NCBI GenBank assembly: GCA_036677065.1
Contig: JAKFBS010000001.1
Location: 320,001-384,000, forward strand
Source of the DNA: Bdellovibrio sp.
Lineage (GTDB): Bacteria; Bdellovibrionota; Bdellovibrionia; Bdellovibrionales; Bdellovibrionaceae
Direction: 5' to 3'
DNA: 64,000 nt
Within the stretch, counting starts at the first letter, position 1. The number at the start of each line of letters is the position of its first letter. The position numbers and the translations under genes were made by a program. The notes below the pieces were generated by a model. It was given only the letters and a program-made list of their open reading frames with translations. It searched no databases and was not told where the DNA came from. Of the stretch, positions 58,265 to 64,000 are shown piece by piece.

Positions 58265-59218
58265 TTATTGTTTTAAGTAATCTTCGAGCTTATCAAATGA
58301 ACCAGTCCAACCTTGAGTCATGCCGCCTCTTTCTTTAAGGAATGCTGCAAGTTCTTCAGCAGAACATTTGCCGACGACTTCCCATTCGACCGTCACGCGA
58401 GTTTGATTCGGGCCTTCTTCGTGAAAAGTTACAGTAGATTGCATAGTCTCTGGCCAAGTAGGTGCACCGGGGTGACGAGAAACATTTTCTTTTTCATCGG
58501 CGAATTGTTGTGTGTACACAAGTCGATTCGGGCTTGTGATTTCTTTGTACTGAAGTGTTCCGTACATGGCAAAACCTTGGTCGTTTGACATTTTGTAGAA
58601 AGATTTACCACCTTCTTTAATTTCAGCGCGGATAAATTCCATGTTGAATCCAGTAGGTGCTAACCATTTTGAAAAATGATTTGGGTCAGTCCACATTTTA
58701 AACATGGTGTTCATATCAGTTTCAAAAGATCTGTTGATCACGAATACGTCTTTATTTTTTGTCTGTTTATCTAAGTATTCACCTAAGCGATCCCAAGTTG
58801 AGTTTCCGCCAGCGGCTTTGATGAATTTTTTAGTTTCTCTGGCGACTTCTTCAGTTGCCAGCGCCATAGTGAAGTCTAATTTGGTTTTACCGCCTTTTTC
58901 TTCGATGAAATTAACAGTTACGCGAAATAAGGGCGGGCGATCGTCATTGCCGCCGTGATCGTAAATTAAACGCGAATATTTTTCGATCACGTGATAGATC
59001 GTTTTATTTTCCCAATTTTTGCCATCTGGCCCGTGCATGGTGTAGGCCCAGTGGCCACCAGGCTTAAAATCTTTTGAATGTGTTGTTAACGTAAATCCGC
59101 GCGGGCCCCACCACTGCGCAACTTGTGCGGGGTCGTTGAAGACTTCCCATACAGTTTTTACTGGCGCATCGTAGATACGGGTTAAATAGATTTCATTGGG
59201 TTTATTTTTTGCGGCCAT
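58265..59218 (-). CDS. tandem SRPBCC/Aha1-domain protein
   Basis: two START-like repeats (WWGP / W.AP; GW..SFDKL). Confidence 0.9.
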   Translation of the reverse strand: MAAKNKPNEIYLTRIYDAPVKTVWEVFNDPAQVAQWWGPRGFTLTTHSKDFKPGGHWAYTMHGPDGKNWENKTIYHVIEKYSRLIYDHGGNDDRPPLFRVTVNFIEEKGGKTKLDFTMALATEEVARETKKFIKAAGGNSTWDRLGEYLDKQTKNKDVFVINRSFETDMNTMFKMWTDPNHFSKWLAPTGFNMEFIRAEIKEGGKSFYKMSNDQGFAMYGTLQYKEITSPNRLVYTQQFADEKENVSRHPGAPTWPETMQSTVTFHEEGPNQTRVTVEWEVVGKCSAEELAAFLKERGGMTQGWTGSFDKLEDYLKQ

Positions 59219-59591
59219 GGTTTTTTCCCTTCGCGATTTTTTTCTTTTTTATGGTTTCTTTTTCTTTTGCGGTAACTGTTTTTAAATATTCACCTAAACG
59301 ATCTAAGCTTGCTTCCCAAAAAATGCGGTAGTGCTCCATCCAATCGGTCGCATCTTTTAGGGGTGCGCCATTTAATTTGCAAGGGCGGTACTGAGCGTCT
59401 CTGGTTTTGGTGACTAGCCCTGCATTTTCTAAAACTTTTAAATGCTTGGTAATGGCGGGTAGGCTCATCTCTTTTAGAAATGGTTTTGCTAAGTCAGATA
59501 CATTGGCTTCGCCCAGGGATAGTTTTGCCAATATCGCTCGGCGAGTTGGATCAGCCAGGGCCTGAAATGTTTGTGATAATTGATCGTGCAT
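59202..59591 (-). CDS. ArsR/SmtB-family regulator
   Basis: F.ALADPTRR.IL, SLPAITKHLKVLE.AGLV. Confidence 0.93.
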   Translation of the reverse strand: MHDQLSQTFQALADPTRRAILAKLSLGEANVSDLAKPFLKEMSLPAITKHLKVLENAGLVTKTRDAQYRPCKLNGAPLKDATDWMEHYRIFWEASLDRLGEYLKTVTAKEKETIKKKKIAKGKNHGRKK

Positions 59592-59603
59592 CTTATTATA
59601 CCT

Positions 59604-59631
59604 TTTGGTTAATTAACCATTTAGTTAAATA
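59604..59631. promoter_or_regulatory. probable ArsR operator
   Basis: GGTTAATTAACC and TTAACCATTTAGTTAA dyads just upstream of arsR. Confidence 0.5.
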
Positions 59632-59707
59632 TCGGACGAAATTATGCTAAAGTCAATAGCAGTTTTTATTTAAGCTGTAAGTGCTTGAAATGATTGAATA
59701 GTTTTAG

Positions 59708-60619
59708 ATGGCGGGTAAGATAGCAGTTATGAAAACGAACGACCTTATTCGACTTTTAAGCCTGGCTGCGATCTGGAGTGGCTCATTTATTTTTATCAAA
59801 GTTTTAGCACCTGTGCTTGGACCGGTTATGACCGCTTGCTTGCGTGTGTTAATTGCGGGGGCCGTTTTAAGTTTATATTTTTATATCATTAAATTCGATG
59901 TCGAGTGGCGCAAATACTGGAAACATTATTTTATTATCGGCATCGTGAATTCATCGATTCCATTTTTATTGTATGCGATTGCGGCGTTGTATATTCCGGC
60001 CTCGCTTTCGGTGATCTTAAATTCAAGCACTCCATTATTTTCTGCGATTTTTGCTGCCCTTTGGTTAAATGATAAATTAACACCGCGAAAAATCGCTGGA
60101 TTATTTTTAGGTATGACTGGTGTTGCATTTGTTGCGGTTAAAGAAGCGATCACGATTAGTGATTTTGGAATACTTGCAGCGCTTGCGTGTTTAGGAGCTG
60201 CGATTTGTTACGGTTTAGCAGGTATATATATTAAAAAATACACGCCATTTTTAAAACCGCTAGCTATTGCCGGAGCTTCGCAATTAGCTGCGGGGATTGT
60301 GTTGGTTCCGTTTATATTTTTTAGTCCAATTGTAGGTGAAGTGAATTTATCAGTGATTTTAAATATGTTAGCCCTGGCGCTTTTATGCAGTGGTGTAGCG
60401 TATATCTTATATTTTCGCTTAATTGCTGATGTTGGTCCGGTAAAAGCTGCGACGGTGCCAATGATTATGCCGGCATTCGGATTAGTGTGGGGCGTGATTT
60501 TTTTAAAAGAGATTATCACTATGCAAATGTTAATGGGCTGCTTGTTAATTATCGGTGGCTTGATTTTAGTTCTATTTAAAAAGAATAGCGAAAACCTAAA
60601 GCCAAACCATCGCCCGTAG
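59708..60619 (+). CDS. DMT/EamA-family transporter
   Basis: 10 TM; IWSGSF..IK, two EamA repeats. Confidence 0.92.
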   Translation: MAGKIAVMKTNDLIRLLSLAAIWSGSFIFIKVLAPVLGPVMTACLRVLIAGAVLSLYFYIIKFDVEWRKYWKHYFIIGIVNSSIPFLLYAIAALYIPASLSVILNSSTPLFSAIFAALWLNDKLTPRKIAGLFLGMTGVAFVAVKEAITISDFGILAALACLGAAICYGLAGIYIKKYTPFLKPLAIAGASQLAAGIVLVPFIFFSPIVGEVNLSVILNMLALALLCSGVAYILYFRLIADVGPVKAATVPMIMPAFGLVWGVIFLKEIITMQMLMGCLLIIGGLILVLFKKNSENLKPNHRP

Positions 60620-61331
60620 GTAATGCGCTAAATTCAGAATTGGATTGCCGGTTTTCTTTTTTATTTTTATATCTTTGCGCCATACTAAACCCGTAACTTG
60701 CACCAATAGCTGCGCCGGCTAAGACATCATGAACATAATGGCGATTATCATTCATGCGACTGTAAGCTACACCTGTGGCCATGATGTAAGCGGGAATTCC
60801 CCAACTTGATCCATGCAGTTCATTTACAGTTGCGGCAAAAGCAAAAGCCCGTGTGGCGTGCGCCGAGGGAAATGATTGTTTATCACTTGGATCGCCCGGC
60901 CGTGGTTCTTGCACAGATTTTTTTAAAACATCAGTTACAATACTTGAATAGAGCGTGGCTTTTAACATCACCTTGGCAAATTCATGCGCTTCGGGGTCAG
61001 CTGCAAAAAAAGCATAGGCTTCCATACCGGCCATATATAAAATGCTTGGATACATTTGCCCGGCCGTATCGCCGTATTTACAATAAGAACCCATGGGCCT
61101 ATTTTTAACGGTTTCTTCTTGCAGCGGATAACTTGTGACATCGCGTGTAGCCACAAGGCCTGCAGAAAGCCCAAGGCCGCCGATAAGAATTTTTCTGCCG
61201 GTAAGATCGGTCCACGGTGCGATGAAATCATTTTTGACGTTAGCCCAGACAGTTTCTTCTTCGATTTGCGCAAAACAATTCTGGCAAATAAAAAGCAGAG
61301 TTAAAAAAATTATGAAAAAATTCTTACGCAT
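60576..61331 (-). CDS. PAP2 phosphatase-family protein with signal peptide
   Basis: K......RP, SFPSAH, SR.....H...DV. Confidence 0.9.
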   Translation of the reverse strand: MRKNFFIIFLTLLFICQNCFAQIEEETVWANVKNDFIAPWTDLTGRKILIGGLGLSAGLVATRDVTSYPLQEETVKNRPMGSYCKYGDTAGQMYPSILYMAGMEAYAFFAADPEAHEFAKVMLKATLYSSIVTDVLKKSVQEPRPGDPSDKQSFPSAHATRAFAFAATVNELHGSSWGIPAYIMATGVAYSRMNDNRHYVHDVLAGAAIGASYGFSMAQRYKNKKENRQSNSEFSALPTGDGLALGFRYSF

Positions 61332-61412
61332 GAAGAATTAGTCTAACAAATCAGAGGCAAATTTTGTGATCTAGTTATGATCTAGTCTGTGAAGTAAAGT
61401 TTATTTTCTAAA

Positions 61413-62720
61413 TTAAAAATGGTGTTGAAGAAAAAAAGCTAAACCATCATTGGTTGGAATGGGCATCCACTTCAGTTCTGCTTGCGGATTGGTGTGCGCC
61501 AGATAACTTGCGCGTGCCCAGAACACGCCCAATGTAATGCCTGAAGTAATATCACTGATCCAGTGCGCACTTTCTTTGATGCGTGAAATTGAAATTCCAG
61601 TAGCGACAATATATGCAGGAATTCCGGCCTGCCAGCCGTAAGCGTAGGCCAGAGATCCTGCAGTAGCAAAGGCTGACGAGGCATGGCCTGAAGGGTACGA
61701 AGAGGGAAAAGGCAAATAATCACCGCGGCCATCGGGGCGTTCGCGTTGAAAAATATAAGCAAGACTTACATGACTTAAAGTCGTTAGCGCTAAGGCTCTG
61801 GCATGCATTAAGCCATTGGGCTGATCCCAGATAATCTGTGCGACAGCGATGCCGACACCGAAAGCACCATTGCCAATTCTGGCAAAATCACTGGCGGTAT
61901 TTGCATCTATTAAAAGTTCATGGCCATTTCGATTGTGCTCAACGACTTTGCCATCGTATTGATGGGCAGCAATGGTGGTGAGCCCGCCAATACCTAAAAT
62001 TAGAATTCCGCTTTGATCAAAACTATTTTGGATGGTGGGTTTAAATTGGTCTTCCCATAACCACGGAAAAAATGGTTTACCTTGCGTCGGATCTTCATAG
62101 CTGAATCCAGATTGTGAGAAAATAATTAAGCCTATAAAAACAAAGCGGCTTAAATAAACTGTTTTGCCTGCGCGAATTTTATTTATGAGAAAAAAAGCAA
62201 GCCAGGCTAAAATGATTCCTAAAATGGCTCCGACTATGACATCACTTGGGTAATGTACGCCACAATAAACACGTGAATACGCTGTCAGTGTAGCGAGTAT
62301 AAAAAATAACCAGCGTAATTTTGGAAAATAAAAACTTAAAAACGTGGCGATAAAAAATCCATCGACGGCATGCCCTGATGGAAACGATAACCCACCTTGC
62401 GGATCGCCGCGAAAAATCACATCAAAGGGTAAATTTTCGGTGATAAATGGCCGCGGACGGCCAAACACAGGTTTTACAATTCGAACAAATTGATCAAGAA
62501 CGGCAGTCATAACAACGGCACTGATGACGAGTGCTAAGCCTTTACCGCGCGCTTTCCAGTAGGTGTACATCAATAAAAGCGGAGCCACAAGGTACAAAAA
62601 AACCTGCAGTTTATGAAAGTTTGTCCAGATCGGAAAAAAAGCATCAAACCAAGAATTCGCCAAGGTTGTATTGATCAGATAAAATATTGAGTGGTCTAAC
62701 CCGAGTAATGTTTCAGTCAT
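61413..62720 (-). CDS. double PAP2-domain phosphatase
   Basis: two motif sets: K..FGRPRP/SFPSGH/SRVYCGVHYPSD and RERP/SYPSGH/SRIKESAHWISD. Confidence 0.9.
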   Translation of the reverse strand: MTETLLGLDHSIFYLINTTLANSWFDAFFPIWTNFHKLQVFLYLVAPLLLMYTYWKARGKGLALVISAVVMTAVLDQFVRIVKPVFGRPRPFITENLPFDVIFRGDPQGGLSFPSGHAVDGFFIATFLSFYFPKLRWLFFILATLTAYSRVYCGVHYPSDVIVGAILGIILAWLAFFLINKIRAGKTVYLSRFVFIGLIIFSQSGFSYEDPTQGKPFFPWLWEDQFKPTIQNSFDQSGILILGIGGLTTIAAHQYDGKVVEHNRNGHELLIDANTASDFARIGNGAFGVGIAVAQIIWDQPNGLMHARALALTTLSHVSLAYIFQRERPDGRGDYLPFPSSYPSGHASSAFATAGSLAYAYGWQAGIPAYIVATGISISRIKESAHWISDITSGITLGVFWARASYLAHTNPQAELKWMPIPTNDGLAFFLQHHF

Positions 62721-63361
62721 TAAAAAAGAAGTACTCCTATAGTAAATTGCAAACTGTAGATCGTAGAATTATCATTCACTGACTGGCTTGAAATCGCAAT
62801 AGGATACTGGCCGTCGATGGCCACATCATCGCGATGTTTGATTTGCTGGGCGGTGCCGTTAAGTTCGATAAACCAAATTTTTCCAGCTTCAGTTTTGTTA
62901 GTTTTACCAAAACCTAAACCCAGAGCTGGGCCATCCATATGCAGTCTACGCGTGTTATTGTCGTTGATCTCAGGTTGATCTTTGCCCAGCACCACAACTA
63001 AAACTCCAGCTCCGGCAAAGGCGCGAAAATAGTAATTTTCAAGGCGATAACGTAGTCCAAGTGTAAGAAGTGTATCCCAAATTAAATCACCATTAAGACG
63101 ATTAAATTTTACACTGGCACTTGATTCAAGGGCCCAGTCATGATGAAAGTACCAACCGACATCAGTTTTTAAATTAATGCCTAAGCCTAAATAATTTCTG
63201 CGCGTGTTTGAATGATAATTTGATGAATTTACTCCAGCACCGACAAAAATATGCAAACCTTCGCTCCAATCATCTGTTAAAAATTCTTCTTCAGTATCAA
63301 AGAGCTGCGCGCTGGCGATTATCGGTAGAAAAAAAATAAAAAGAAAAATTAATCTCTTCAT
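62720..63361 (-). CDS. outer-membrane beta-barrel-like protein
   Basis: signal peptide, amphipathic strands, terminal Phe. Confidence 0.65.
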   Translation of the reverse strand: MKRLIFLFIFFLPIIASAQLFDTEEEFLTDDWSEGLHIFVGAGVNSSNYHSNTRRNYLGLGINLKTDVGWYFHHDWALESSASVKFNRLNGDLIWDTLLTLGLRYRLENYYFRAFAGAGVLVVVLGKDQPEINDNNTRRLHMDGPALGLGFGKTNKTEAGKIWFIELNGTAQQIKHRDDVAIDGQYPIAISSQSVNDNSTIYSLQFTIGVLLF

Positions 63362-63978
63362 TCAAATTCCCACTGCAACATAAGACTTATTTTGTTTTTT
63401 TCTGGAACGACATAACCAAAAATCGTATTGGTCGCAGGTAATAGCGGAAACGGATTTAAAATATAGCCCACAAGATCACCAATCCATGTGTCGGTGTCAT
63501 GCAGGTAGATTGATAATTTTTCTACACCAACACCCAATACAGTTCCAAACACCGGTGTTTGATACAGGTCTTGATAACTGGGTCTTTCGGTAACGGTTTC
63601 AATGGTAAACTCAAAAGCAAATGATGAAATAACCGACCAAAGAAATGCGTTTTGTTCGGTGTAGTTTCTGGAGCGATAAAAAAGATAATAATATTGGCCG
63701 GCGATCGTGTGGCGAATTAAATTATATTCGAAGCTATCGCGGTCGTAATGGGGATTAATCGAATTTTTGTGCCAGTTTTTAAATGAGCCGTATTTTTCGA
63801 TCTCGTCGTCATGGGCTATTAAATAATATGTCCACTGCGCAGCATACACAGCAGCAAAATTAATCATCTTTTCTTTAGAATTGATTCTGGCGGTACCCGA
63901 TACCGGAGAGTCATTCTGGGCGCAGGCTAGGGCAGAATAACAGGTTATTAAAATGAAAAGGCACAGGGCTTTTATCAT
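63358..63978 (-). CDS. DUF3943-like exported protein
   Basis: D.D....N...H...G..YY...R, E...E...E.PS.QDL..TP..G..LG. Confidence 0.75.
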   Translation of the reverse strand: MIKALCLFILITCYSALACAQNDSPVSGTARINSKEKMINFAAVYAAQWTYYLIAHDDEIEKYGSFKNWHKNSINPHYDRDSFEYNLIRHTIAGQYYYLFYRSRNYTEQNAFLWSVISSFAFEFTIETVTERPSYQDLYQTPVFGTVLGVGVEKLSIYLHDTDTWIGDLVGYILNPFPLLPATNTIFGYVVPEKNKISLMLQWEFE

Positions 63979-64000
63979 ATAAATTTTCGGTAAAGTTTTG

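Noticed and set aside
1992..61762. Numerous short ORFs antisense to or nested in longer genes (e.g. 38968-39426, 47757-48110, 51832-52212, 53660-54010)
   Set aside because: They are shadow frames of well-supported genes with no recognisable motifs.

Overview
Bacterial chromosomal window, probably from a Bdellovibrionota-like predator. That assignment is inferred from gene content and secreted-protein style, not proven. The window opens with an intact tmRNA gene (125-477, tag ANNNYQLAA) whose 3' end is duplicated exactly at 10792-10837 (46 bp). The duplication delimits a ~10.3 kb AT-rich island with no intact integrase. The island shows relics of several integration events: a serine-recombinase tail read across the att site and an internal att-like site at ~4603. 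Its cargo looks defensive: a HEPN-motif protein, orphan membrane proteins, a membrane-anchored DUF2235 lipase, a frameshifted PD-(D/E)XK nuclease, and the best candidate novel system. That candidate is an HTH-Zn-peptidase + PIN pair transcribed divergently, across a 48-bp palindrome, from a DUF2188 / TIR / small membrane-protein operon. Further accessory modules follow (MerR-MFS-cupin, a DUF6976-like sensor + small protein + PAS kinase, selD-mnmH), then a long run of mostly ordinary stress, detox and housekeeping genes (gloB, chrA, TolC-RND, radD, hflX, DEAD helicase). Other points of interest are a sigma28-type structured small RNA/sORF unit at ~28790-29035, a 41-aa Cys-repeat secreted protein, recurring sigma54-like promoters, and a terminal PAP2/DUF3943 operon whose products share a C-terminal beta-hairpin. 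All family calls are motif recognition by eye, not database results.
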